From a virus: a DNA stretch of 64,000 bases. Numbering within the stretch: position 1 is the first letter of the stretch; the number at the start of each line of letters is the position of its first letter. The position numbers were made by a program, and so were the translations under genes. Shown one piece after another: positions 37,133 through 45,932 of the stretch. The stretch covers positions 34,315 through 98,314 of the IMG/VR virus record IMGVR_UViG_3300032241_003073; one strand, given 5' to 3'. A model generated the notes under the pieces. It saw nothing but the letters and a program-made list of their open reading frames with translations, was not told the DNA's origin and did not search any database.

Positions 37133-37477
37133 ATGAATCCTTCCAAACAAGCGTGTTCTGTTTATCAAAGATTATCAAAAAGTACATTATTAGCCTTATT
37201 GAATAGTAAAATTGATACTTCTAAAGTTGTTGTTGTTTCATCTGGACAAGTTATTGATGTGACAAATATTCCTTCTGTAGATGTAAATGTTAATATACAT
37301 AATGGAGTTTGGGTTTATTATGAAGAATATCAACCAAAAAGAATGTTGATGACAAATCCTAATTGGAATATTGCTAGTTTTGATTCTAAATCAAGGATGG
37401 TTTGTGTGCAAATATATTCTAAATCAGGATTTCAAGTGTTAAGCATAGATTTGCCAGAACCTGCTCCTAAATTTTGA
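37133..37477 (+). CDS. hypothetical protein
   Basis: 114-aa ORF downstream of TAAATA. Confidence 0.55.
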   Translation: MNPSKQACSVYQRLSKSTLLALLNSKIDTSKVVVVSSGQVIDVTNIPSVDVNVNIHNGVWVYYEEYQPKRMLMTNPNWNIASFDSKSRMVCVQIYSKSGFQVLSIDLPEPAPKF

Positions 37478-37518
37478 TAATATATTATATATAATTTATA
37501 TTTCTAAGAGAGGAATTA

Positions 37519-38607
37519 ATGAAAACATTTTATGAAAGCTTATCAAAAACCAAAAACACTCTTTTATTAAAGGAATGTTTTGTTTTAATGTCTCAAAAAG
37601 GTGTTGATCCAAATAAATTTGTTGAATGGTATTGCTCAGAAGGATTTATACATCAAAAAAATGGTAATTTGCCAAAACAACTTCAAGAGTGGGCTATTTC
37701 AGAGGGAGCGTGGGGAACTGGATTAGGTGCTACAGCAGGTACTATGATGGCTGGTCCAATAGGAGGAGCAGTTGGTGGATATCTTGGAAATAAAGTTGGA
37801 AATTGGCTTGGAACTCAATTTAATCAACAGCAGAATCAACCAGCCGATCAAAATCAACCTAATCAGAACCAACAACCTAATCAAAATGATAAAATTAATG
37901 CAGCAAAAGCGTTAACAAATTTTCATAAATTTTATCAAAATTCTCCTTCTTTACAACAACAAATTAATAATCCTGAATTTAACAATGCTTTGACTGGTTT
38001 AATTGGCATGTTAAATGACCCTAAATTAGAAACAATAGATTATTTATACCAATTACAAAAGCAATATAACATTGACCCTTTAAAATTGGTTGATTGGTAT
38101 ATTAAAGAAGGCCAATATTTAAATGAATCAATTGGAGATTGGGCTAGAAATGCTTGGGGATCGGCAAAAAATATGTTGAGCAGATTTCAACAAATGCCTC
38201 AAAACGATCAGGATGCATTAAACCAATTGAATCAAGCTATTGCCGTTTTAAAAAATTCTAACATTAAAAATGTTCAATTTAAAAATGCACTACAAATAAT
38301 TCAAAATTCTTTAAATAAATCTTCATCATCTAATCCAAATCAAAAATTAGAATCTTATGAAAATATTATAGAAGAAATGATGAGTTTGATAAAATCTTCA
38401 TTAAGACCTGATTCTAAAATTAAAAATATGGAGAATATATTAGATAAAATTAATTTTAATCATATTAATAGAAAAAGATTATATGATATGATCGTAAAAC
38501 AAATGGATAATGATAATTTAACTCGTGGAAAAAAACCTGATGATTTCGGATTTACAGAAACTCCTCAGCCTAGAAGAAATAATATTATCAATATTTATGG
38601 TCAATAA
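37519..38607 (+). CDS. putative internal/ejection protein with glycine zipper and internal duplication
   Basis: MKTFYESL; GLGATAGTMMAGPIGGAVGGYLG; DP..(F/L)V.WY..EG twice. Confidence 0.6.
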   Translation: MKTFYESLSKTKNTLLLKECFVLMSQKGVDPNKFVEWYCSEGFIHQKNGNLPKQLQEWAISEGAWGTGLGATAGTMMAGPIGGAVGGYLGNKVGNWLGTQFNQQQNQPADQNQPNQNQQPNQNDKINAAKALTNFHKFYQNSPSLQQQINNPEFNNALTGLIGMLNDPKLETIDYLYQLQKQYNIDPLKLVDWYIKEGQYLNESIGDWARNAWGSAKNMLSRFQQMPQNDQDALNQLNQAIAVLKNSNIKNVQFKNALQIIQNSLNKSSSSNPNQKLESYENIIEEMMSLIKSSLRPDSKIKNMENILDKINFNHINRKRLYDMIVKQMDNDNLTRGKKPDDFGFTETPQPRRNNIINIYGQ

Positions 38608-38611
38608 AATG

Positions 38612-38795
38612 GACAGGGTTGAAATTACAATTTGCTTTATCTTCCCCATTGTTACGAACGAAAAGTTTTTGTTTAATTATGGTTATTCGCTGAACAATAT
38701 TTGCAATTCAAATTTTTGGATAAAAAGTGGTAATCACCCCCCCTCAATTTTACAAGCTCCAAAATAATTCGATTATTGTAATTTCAAACCCTGTC
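38612..38795. repeat. 184-nt element bounded by ~20-bp inverted repeats (candidate structured ncRNA)
   Basis: gacagggttgaaattacaat (38612-38631) vs attgtaatttcaaaccctgtc (38775-38795), one-base bulge. Confidence 0.7.
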
Positions 38796-38807
38796 GGGAA
38801 GTTTCCT

Positions 38808-39176
38808 TTATAATAAAAATAGATTTGCCGAAAGAATTATGCAAACCTGATGAATAAATTGATCAAATCCGATAGAAATGAAAAATTTTCCAATCTGACC
38901 ATTAGACCAAAATAATTTATTCATTCTACTCGTGACATAATCTGTAATCCAATGAAGACCAAAGTTTAACACAGCGAAATCTACAACGCTAATGTCCCAA
39001 CCTTTCAATAAATAGGCCCCACAAGATATCACTATTGTATAAACTAAAACATGAAGAGTCAATATATAAATATTTTTACTTTTATTTTCAGCTAACCATC
39101 GGTTTTGTAAAACAAAGTCGCCAATCCAATGAAAAAAAAGTAAAAGAATTAATTTTTCGCACATGATTAAATCCAT
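38808..39176 (-). CDS. DUF3307-family membrane protein
   Basis: HWIGDFVLQ, HVLVY, HWITD, GFDQFIH. Confidence 0.8.
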   Translation of the reverse strand: MDLIMCEKLILLLFFHWIGDFVLQNRWLAENKSKNIYILTLHVLVYTIVISCGAYLLKGWDISVVDFAVLNFGLHWITDYVTSRMNKLFWSNGQIGKFFISIGFDQFIHQVCIILSANLFLL

Positions 39177-39451
39177 CCGGTACTGATTGCAGTCTTGATG
39201 TCGTCCATTGTAACGTGTCTTCCTAAAACTTCCGATACTGATTCTATAAAATGTTTCTCAATACTTTTTTGAATTTCTCTTCGGAATTGTGGCCCCATTT
39301 TCATTGCTTCAAAATAAGAATTCATGTCAACAGACCAATCTAAAAGTTCACCATCAATAAAAATTGCTTTCTCAATTCCACCACCTTGAGCCGGTCTCAT
39401 CTTGACTTCGAACTTTTTTTTGTTTTCTGGAGGTAATATTTCTTCGCTCAT
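39167..39451 (-). CDS. hypothetical protein
   Basis: 94-aa ORF. Confidence 0.6.
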   Translation of the reverse strand: MSEEILPPENKKKFEVKMRPAQGGGIEKAIFIDGELLDWSVDMNSYFEAMKMGPQFRREIQKSIEKHFIESVSEVLGRHVTMDDIKTAISTGWI

Positions 39452-39485
39452 AAAAATAATATAGTTTTTATTGTGTAAATATTAT

Positions 39486-40022
39486 ATGCAATTTCAAAAT
39501 TGGTTATTCATTAATGAGTCAAATCTTCAAAGTCTTTATTCAAGCACAGTTAAAGCCTTCCCCAGAACACTGAAAAGACAATATTCTATTGATCCAATAA
39601 AAATCATAGAATTAAAATGGTTGCCATTTTTAGGAATGAAAACCTTGTTTGTTAAAGGGTTGGCACATAGTGATGAAAGCGGAAAAGATTATAATTCTAT
39701 GATATTATTCAAAGGAGTTAATTATCAAGAAAACAAAAATAAAAAAAATTTGATAGAAATTATTGCAAATGATGGAAACCAATACATTTTTGAAAAAATA
39801 AATCAAAAAAATGAAGTTTTAGTTCGATGCGATTGCAAAGATTTCCTTTATCGTTTTAATTATTTTAATCATAAAGATGAGTCTTTATATGGAAAAGTCA
39901 GAAAGAAATATGAAGCAAAAATCAATCCAGGTTCATCTAACCCATCAGAAATGCCTGGATTGTGCAAGCACTTAATTAAACTTGCCAAAGCATTAGATCA
40001 ATCAGGAATTTTGGAGGATTAA
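39486..40022 (+). CDS. SWIM-type Zn-finger protein
   Basis: VRCDCKDF ... GLCKHL; start MQFQNWLFINE. Confidence 0.7.
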   Translation: MQFQNWLFINESNLQSLYSSTVKAFPRTLKRQYSIDPIKIIELKWLPFLGMKTLFVKGLAHSDESGKDYNSMILFKGVNYQENKNKKNLIEIIANDGNQYIFEKINQKNEVLVRCDCKDFLYRFNYFNHKDESLYGKVRKKYEAKINPGSSNPSEMPGLCKHLIKLAKALDQSGILED

Positions 40023-40024
40023 AT

Positions 40025-40585
40025 ATGGAAAAGGAATTTAAATTGTTGATCGAAACTATAGCGAAATTTGAAGGTGCATCTATTATAAACACAAATGTTG
40101 AAGCAACTTGGATTCATTTTAAATTAAAATCAGAAGCAAGTTTGGCCGCATTGTCCAATCAAATTCTTGATGTTAAAGATCAATATCCTTGCAATTTGTT
40201 AATACTATCCAATCAATATAACCCAAATGATTTTTCTTATCAATTAATTATTGAAGCAGAAGATCGTTTCATGGCAATGAAAATTTTAACAAAGAAATTA
40301 ATGGCTGTTTTAGAAAATGGTCAAGATATTAAAAAAGTTACACAAAAAGAATTAGGATTGCCAGATCTTTCTATGGTTACAGTTAGACAGATGGCAAATG
40401 AATTGAAAACAAGACAAAATATAACATTTGCTCTTGTTTGGACCGAAAACAATAATTCCGACAATATTGCAGTTGAAGGAAAAGGAGATCCAAATCAAGT
40501 TATTGGATTGCTTTCAAGAGGTTCACATATTGCAATAGAATGGGCAGATAAAGATTTTAAATTTTTTCAGTCAGAAGAAGATTAA
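40025..40585 (+). CDS. hypothetical protein
   Basis: GGAGG RBS, 186 aa. Confidence 0.65.
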   Translation: MEKEFKLLIETIAKFEGASIINTNVEATWIHFKLKSEASLAALSNQILDVKDQYPCNLLILSNQYNPNDFSYQLIIEAEDRFMAMKILTKKLMAVLENGQDIKKVTQKELGLPDLSMVTVRQMANELKTRQNITFALVWTENNNSDNIAVEGKGDPNQVIGLLSRGSHIAIEWADKDFKFFQSEED

Positions 40586-40587
40586 AT

Positions 40588-40630
40588 AAAATAGGGGCAT
40601 TAGTGAAACGCACACTAATGCCCCTATTTT
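40588..40630. terminator. bidirectional terminator
   Basis: aaaataggggcattagtg / cactaatgcccctatttt. Confidence 0.8.
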
Positions 40631-40662
40631 ACGCTTAATTAGAAAGATAAATTAAAGATAAA

Positions 40663-41004
40663 TTATTGATGACCAGTTTTGATTACTGCATAATTAACAG
40701 TTGCTCCGCTGCCACCAGTAATAACAAATCTCCAATCATTTGAACTAGAAACAGCAGTTAAACCAGTAGAAACGTAAGAAAAATTATTGCTGTTAGAAGT
40801 TAACAATACAGTGTAATCACTTACAGATCCAATTGGGGCTGCAAACAAAACAGTTCCCGTGGTTCCAGATAAAGTGATTGATCCTGCCACAACAACTTTG
40901 GGTCCAATTAACTTTGAAACACCAAGAGTCATTCTTTCCGATCCTTTTTGATTGCCTTCGGCACTTCCAGGTCCGCTTACTCCTGTTACGCTTGTTGCGC
41001 CCAT
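40663..41004 (-). CDS. putative virion structural/decoration protein
   Basis: G/S/T-rich 113 aa; AAGGAGGTGA RBS; TATAAATA upstream on minus strand; terminator downstream. Confidence 0.55.
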   Translation of the reverse strand: MGATSVTGVSGPGSAEGNQKGSERMTLGVSKLIGPKVVVAGSITLSGTTGTVLFAAPIGSVSDYTVLLTSNSNNFSYVSTGLTAVSSSNDWRFVITGGSGATVNYAVIKTGHQ

Positions 41005-41120
41005 ATCTTCACCTCCTTATAGTTTAGATTCTATATTATTTATATTTTTGATCTTTAAAATAAACTATTTTTTGGAAAAAATATTGCGAAAAGTATATAA
41101 TAAACATATTAAGGAGAAAA

Positions 41121-41693
41121 ATGACTTATCAGTGTGGACCAAATTTAAAAGACATTCAAAGACAGGTTATTTATGGGACCATTCTAGGAGGATCTTCTAT
41201 TATTCGTCCTGCTCGTGGCAAAAATTGTTATTTGGCAATGAGGGATAATAATAGTTTGTGGCTTTCTTACAAGATAGAAATGCTAGAAGATTTTTTTAAA
41301 ATGGACCAAAACACAATTCGAAAAGATAAAAACACTTATAGATGCTACAGCGTTGCTTATCCTGTTTTCAATAAAATTTATGATGTTTTTTATCAAGAGG
41401 AAAATAAAATTGTAACCAAAGAAATTTTAGAAACTCTTTCGGATGAGGCTTGGATGATTTGGTTCGTAGATGCAGGAAGAAAAAGTAAGAAAAAAGTTTA
41501 TTTGAGAACCCATAAATTTGGAAAAGAAGGAACTCAAATTATAGTTGATTATTTTAATTCTTTAGAATGCTCTTGTGAGTTGCATCAATGCAGAGGCAGA
41601 TATGAAGTTGTTTTTGACAATAAAGGTTCTTATGAATTTCTTTCTATAATAGCTCATAAAATTCCTAATTTTTTAATTCATAAATACGAATAA
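41121..41693 (+). CDS. LAGLIDADG_2-type endonuclease-like protein, degenerate motifs
   Basis: YGTILGGSSI and WMIWFVDAG in place of GxxLGDG and WxMDDG. Confidence 0.7.
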   Translation: MTYQCGPNLKDIQRQVIYGTILGGSSIIRPARGKNCYLAMRDNNSLWLSYKIEMLEDFFKMDQNTIRKDKNTYRCYSVAYPVFNKIYDVFYQEENKIVTKEILETLSDEAWMIWFVDAGRKSKKKVYLRTHKFGKEGTQIIVDYFNSLECSCELHQCRGRYEVVFDNKGSYEFLSIIAHKIPNFLIHKYE

Positions 41694-41709
41694 AAGGGGA
41701 TAATTTTTT

Positions 41710-42399
41710 ATGTATGACGCAATTATAATTTCAGATCTTCATTTGGGAAGCAATGTTTGTCAATCTAAAGAAATTTTAAAATTTTTACATCTTATTGATA
41801 ATTTGGAAATTATTACTGATAAATTAATCATTAATGGAGATTTTTTTGATTCTTGGGATTTCAGAAGATTGTCCAAACAACATTGGAAAATACTTTCAGC
41901 AATAAGAAAAATTTCAAAAAAAATTCAAATTGTTTGGATTAATGGAAATCATGACGGACCTTCAGAAGTAATATCACATCTTATAGGTGTTGAAGTAGCT
42001 GAAGAATTTATTTTACAAAGTGGATTTGAAAAAATTATGATTATTCATGGACATCAATTTGATGATTTCATTGTAGATCATCCAATTATAACTGAAATTG
42101 CTGATTTCTTTTATAGACAACTTCAAAAAATACATATTTTTTGGGCAAAAAACGCTAAAAAATACAGCAAAACATTTCTTCGTTGCTCAGAAAAAATTGA
42201 AAAACGTGCAAAAGAATATGCATTCCAAAAAGATTGTAGGGCAGTTTGTTGCGGACATACACATTTAGAATTAAAATCTATTGGTTTAATTGATTATTAT
42301 AATAGTGGATGTTGGACAGAATTACCATGTTCTTATTTGACGCTTCAAGCGGGGAATGTTCAATTAAACCACTTTTTTACAAACCAGGAGAAGAAGTAA
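41710..42399 (+). CDS. LpxH-like calcineurin-type metallophosphoesterase
   Basis: ISDLHLG, NGDFFD, GNHD, IHGHQFD, GHTH, YYNSGCW. Confidence 0.85.
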   Translation: MYDAIIISDLHLGSNVCQSKEILKFLHLIDNLEIITDKLIINGDFFDSWDFRRLSKQHWKILSAIRKISKKIQIVWINGNHDGPSEVISHLIGVEVAEEFILQSGFEKIMIIHGHQFDDFIVDHPIITEIADFFYRQLQKIHIFWAKNAKKYSKTFLRCSEKIEKRAKEYAFQKDCRAVCCGHTHLELKSIGLIDYYNSGCWTELPCSYLTLQAGNVQLNHFFTNQEKK

Positions 42400-42574
42400 C
42401 TCCTCCGCTACTTGCACAAGCACCTCCTGGACCTGGACCACCACCCATGCCACACAATTTCAAATCGTGTGGCTTTGGCTTAATATCTCTCGGTCCAGGT
42501 TTTCCAACAGAATTTTGAGCCTTTCCTTTGCTGAACCAAACTTCCTGTAGTGATAACCATTTTTTAAATTGCAT
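42377..42574 (-). CDS. small putative internal head protein
   Basis: MQFKKWLSLQE; TAAATA-N4-ATG. Confidence 0.55.
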   Translation of the reverse strand: MQFKKWLSLQEVWFSKGKAQNSVGKPGPRDIKPKPHDLKLCGMGGGPGPGGACASSGGVTSSPGL

Positions 42575-42679
42575 GATTTATTTACATCCTGACTCACTTA
42601 AACCTTAGATATAAATATATATGTTCAATGATAATATATATAAATAATAAGGTGAAATTCTTGATTCGGAGAAAATCAA

Positions 42680-43030
42680 ATGAAAAAGTTTTTAATTTTT
42701 TGTGCCACAGTAATTTTCCCTCCTCTTCTTATTTTAGCAATAATTAATATTTTAAAAATTTCTCCAGAACCATATCATCCCATTTCAGATTTTCCAATAG
42801 CAGAAAATAAATCTCAAAAAGAAAATATGATTGGTTCAGAGAAAGAAATTGCAAAAATGTATCCACCAAAAAAAATTCAATCAGATTCTTATATGAAGGG
42901 TTATTGGGATGGGAAAAATGGAAAGGCTCTAGGTCCAATTCAATGGATTCTTAATGATGAATATCGTCAAGGACATATGGTTGGAGCATATGACAAAAAA
43001 AATAAAATTGAAAGATATGAAAATCCTTAA
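42680..43030 (+). CDS. membrane-anchored hypothetical protein
   Basis: N-terminal TM; YMKGYWDG and YRQGHMVG motifs. Confidence 0.6.
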   Translation: MKKFLIFCATVIFPPLLILAIINILKISPEPYHPISDFPIAENKSQKENMIGSEKEIAKMYPPKKIQSDSYMKGYWDGKNGKALGPIQWILNDEYRQGHMVGAYDKKNKIERYENP

Positions 43031-43270
43031 TTATTTTTTTTCTACTAATTTTATAAATTCACTGTTGGAAAGATATGTTTTTGGATTTCTTAAAATTTTA
43101 TTCATCAATTCTTTTCCTTTTGGTGAATTTAAATGTTCCCAAACATAATGTCTTGTAGAAATATCATATTTTTCAAAAACTTCCCTCAAAGATTTCACCA
43201 AAGATGTCATCGCCTGAACTTTGCTGCTGCTAATTTCTTTGGCCTCTTTAAATTCTTGATATGATTTCAT
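43031..43270 (-). CDS. putative internal head protein
   Basis: MKSYQEFKE, close to T4 IPII/IPIII MKTYQEFIAE. Confidence 0.65.
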   Translation of the reverse strand: MKSYQEFKEAKEISSSKVQAMTSLVKSLREVFEKYDISTRHYVWEHLNSPKGKELMNKILRNPKTYLSNSEFIKLVEKK

Positions 43271-43278
43271 TTTTACCT

Positions 43279-43632
43279 TTATATTATTGGTCTTTCTTTG
43301 ACTTTTTTAAGCATGTTTGATGCATCTTCTCGAACATTCGGATTATATGCGTACCAATTGTACAAATGTCCAAAAACCAAGTGACAATTATGATCTTCAC
43401 ACAGAGTAATTAGATTAGAATCATCCAGTTCTTTTGTTTCGTCTAAATGAAATGGAACGCAATGGTGTACCTGTAATTTTTTGGTTCCTCCACAAGCAGC
43501 ACAAGTTGGCTCATTTTTCAAGTGTTTTTTTCTAACAGTCTGCCATTGACCGGATCGTGGCACATTTAAAATGTTAACCATTTCTCCTTTAGAAAAAAAA
43601 GAATTAATATAATTTAATGTTGTTTTGATCAT
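43279..43632 (-). CDS. small HNH endonuclease
   Basis: CAACG, LQVHH, NLITLC, CHLVFGH; start uncertain. Confidence 0.8.
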   Translation of the reverse strand: MIKTTLNYINSFFSKGEMVNILNVPRSGQWQTVRKKHLKNEPTCAACGGTKKLQVHHCVPFHLDETKELDDSNLITLCEDHNCHLVFGHLYNWYAYNPNVREDASNMLKKVKERPII

Positions 43633-43664
43633 TATAAATTTATTTATTGATTCATACATAAATT

Positions 43665-43850
43665 ATGCAAACATTTCAACAATTTTTAGAGTCAAAAGAA
43701 AAAAAGAAAAAACACAAGCTCAGACTCGGAATGGACATAGAAGGAGAGCCAGTAGTTGTGGGCGATGATCCTCCTAAAAAAAATAAATTAAAAATGACGC
43801 TATCAAATGAAGGCGAGCCAGTAATTATAAAGAAGCAAAGGAAAAAATGA
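43665..43850 (+). CDS. small basic putative internal protein with EGEPV repeat
   Basis: MQTFQQFLE; EGEPV twice. Confidence 0.6.
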   Translation: MQTFQQFLESKEKKKKHKLRLGMDIEGEPVVVGDDPPKKNKLKMTLSNEGEPVIIKKQRKK

Positions 43851-44266
43851 GAACAATTTCAGATTTTAAAAATTCAAATTCAATAAAAAATGAATCAACA
43901 TCGAGTGAAAAGAATGTAACTTCTATGTTTTCAAAACTTTTTGAATCAAGAGATTTTGCACATTATGCACATCTAAAATCAAAATCTTATGCAGAGCATA
44001 AGGCTTTAGGAAGCTTTTATGAAGAAATTATAGAACTGGCAGATACTTTTTATGAGACTTATGCTGGACAATATGGTCAAGTTAGCTTTAATTTGTCTTC
44101 TACTCCAAAAGATTCAAATGTTATTAGTTATATGGAAAATTTAGGCAAAACACTGGCAGATGGTCACTCATTGTTAGAAAAAAATGACACACATCTTCAT
44201 AATATCTTGGATGAAATTGTTGGTCTGATTTATCAAACATGCTATAAATTAAAATATTTAAAATGA
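43847..44266 (+). CDS. ferritin/Dps-like protein (DUF5856-like)
   Basis: HYAHL, SYAEHKALG.FYE, DTFYETYAGQYG, NILDEI, YKL. Confidence 0.75.
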   Translation: MRTISDFKNSNSIKNESTSSEKNVTSMFSKLFESRDFAHYAHLKSKSYAEHKALGSFYEEIIELADTFYETYAGQYGQVSFNLSSTPKDSNVISYMENLGKTLADGHSLLEKNDTHLHNILDEIVGLIYQTCYKLKYLK

Positions 44267-44300
44267 AAATTTTTATAAAATTTATCACCAAAAGTTAAAT

Positions 44301-45155
44301 TTATTTTCTGGTTAAAGTAAAACGATCTCCTGATATTGTTATATCCCAACCAGACGAAAAATATTTTTCAACTAATCTTTTATAAATTGCCGCTCGACGA
44401 TTTTCTTTTCTTAAATATCCTTCTTGAGATAAAGATTGAATTGCTATTGAGGTATCTTTTAAATATTCATATAATCGCTCAATATCAAAATCCAAATATT
44501 TAAAAGATCCTCTTTCTATTTCATTCCTTAAATTATAAATAAATACTTCTAATTCTCGACCTTGATTGCTTTGAGGTTGTGCTGTCATATAAATATTAAT
44601 GTCTCTAATGAACTCTAGCCATTTTTCTTTATTGAAGTCTGGCTCAGGGCCGGGAATTGGACGGTTAAGCTTATTAAATAAATCAATTCTTTGTTGATTA
44701 GGAGGAAGCATCGTTGTTACATGACTTTTTATTGCATTTTTAAATTGATTTAATATTTCATTTGTATTCTTTATAAGAGTAACAGCATCCATTCCTCTGA
44801 TTAATTTTTCATCTCCCTGACCACTATGAGCAGTAAATGTAAATTTATTTGCATGAATCTTATCTGATTCTCTTTTTAAAAGACCAAGAACCCCAGGCAA
44901 TATTTCAGGATCTCGATACCTCTCGCCAGAACTAGCATTATCATCCAATACATTATTTACATAAAAAATAACTTGATATTCTTTGTTCCAATTGTCTATA
45001 AGTTGAACCTCCACTTTATTTTTTAGCTTTGTAGTGAAATTAATCTTTATCATTGGCTTTGCGTTATTTGTAGAAGCGTTTTTTATTGTGTTTTTTCTAC
45101 GGTATCCTTTAGGTATTACAGGTTCTATAATTTCTAGCCAATTTCTAAAATTCAT
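44301..45155 (-). CDS. hypothetical protein with CTS-like N-terminus
   Basis: MNFRNWLE after AAGGA RBS; C-terminal RAAIYKRL. Confidence 0.6.
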   Translation of the reverse strand: MNFRNWLEIIEPVIPKGYRRKNTIKNASTNNAKPMIKINFTTKLKNKVEVQLIDNWNKEYQVIFYVNNVLDDNASSGERYRDPEILPGVLGLLKRESDKIHANKFTFTAHSGQGDEKLIRGMDAVTLIKNTNEILNQFKNAIKSHVTTMLPPNQQRIDLFNKLNRPIPGPEPDFNKEKWLEFIRDINIYMTAQPQSNQGRELEVFIYNLRNEIERGSFKYLDFDIERLYEYLKDTSIAIQSLSQEGYLRKENRRAAIYKRLVEKYFSSGWDITISGDRFTLTRK

Positions 45156-45192
45156 GCGAAATCCTTTTGTTTTTATATATATAAAGATAATT

Positions 45193-45918
45193 ATGCAATT
45201 CAAACAATATATTTACGAATCTGAAACAACATTGCAGTACCATGACAATTTAAATGAAAAGTTGTGGTCAAATAAAGTGTTGCATAAAAAAATAAAAAAT
45301 CATCTTTTAAAAATTGCATCTGCTTGGCAAGAATTTGCAAAAATACCAGAATCTGCCGTTTTAGATATAATTATAACAGGAGGAAATGCAAATTATAATT
45401 ATACAGAATTTAGCGATATAGATTTACATTTGTTCGTAGATAAGAATAAAATAGCAGCATGCAACAAAGATGTTCTTAATGATTATCTTTTGGATAAAAA
45501 AGCACTTTGGGCCTTGCATCATGACATTAAAGTTGTTGGTTATCCTGTTGAGCTTTATGCGCAAGATGTAAATGAGCCAACATCAAAAAATCAAGGCGTT
45601 TATAGTTTGTTGAAAAATAAATGGATAAAGCCACCTGTTAAAGAAAAAGTAAATTTTAATGATCCATTAATTAAACACAAAGTCGCATCAATAAAACATC
45701 ACATTGACTTTTTTGTTAACAACAAATCAAATGATGTTAAAAAAATGCAAGAATATAAAGAAAAAATACGCAAACTGCGAGCAGCATCTGTTCAGAAAGG
45801 TGGAGAGTTTAGTATAGAAAATCTAGTGTTTAAAGAACTTAGAAATAAAGGATATATTGAAAAATTCCACGATTATATTGATCATGCTCAAGATCACGAC
45901 TTGAGTTTGAAAAAATAA
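45193..45918 (+). CDS. Pol-beta-superfamily nucleotidyltransferase
   Basis: TGGNANYNYTEFSDIDLH, YPVELY, GEFSIENLVFKELR; start MQFKQYIYE. Confidence 0.8.
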   Translation: MQFKQYIYESETTLQYHDNLNEKLWSNKVLHKKIKNHLLKIASAWQEFAKIPESAVLDIIITGGNANYNYTEFSDIDLHLFVDKNKIAACNKDVLNDYLLDKKALWALHHDIKVVGYPVELYAQDVNEPTSKNQGVYSLLKNKWIKPPVKEKVNFNDPLIKHKVASIKHHIDFFVNNKSNDVKKMQEYKEKIRKLRAASVQKGGEFSIENLVFKELRNKGYIEKFHDYIDHAQDHDLSLKK

Positions 45919-45932
45919 TTAATATATAAATC

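Noticed and set aside
38525-38767. 80-aa track ORF across the inverted-repeat element
   Set aside because: GTG start inside the previous gene, no RBS, no motifs; a non-coding reading fits better.
38612-38795. Firm call as 6S RNA
   Set aside because: Only length and closing stem fit; inner pairing looks branched and cannot be verified without folding.
45034-45203. Overlapping N-terminal extensions of the divergent genes in the ORF track
   Set aside because: Starts at 45155 and 45193 remove the overlap, flank a shared promoter palindrome and expose the tag.
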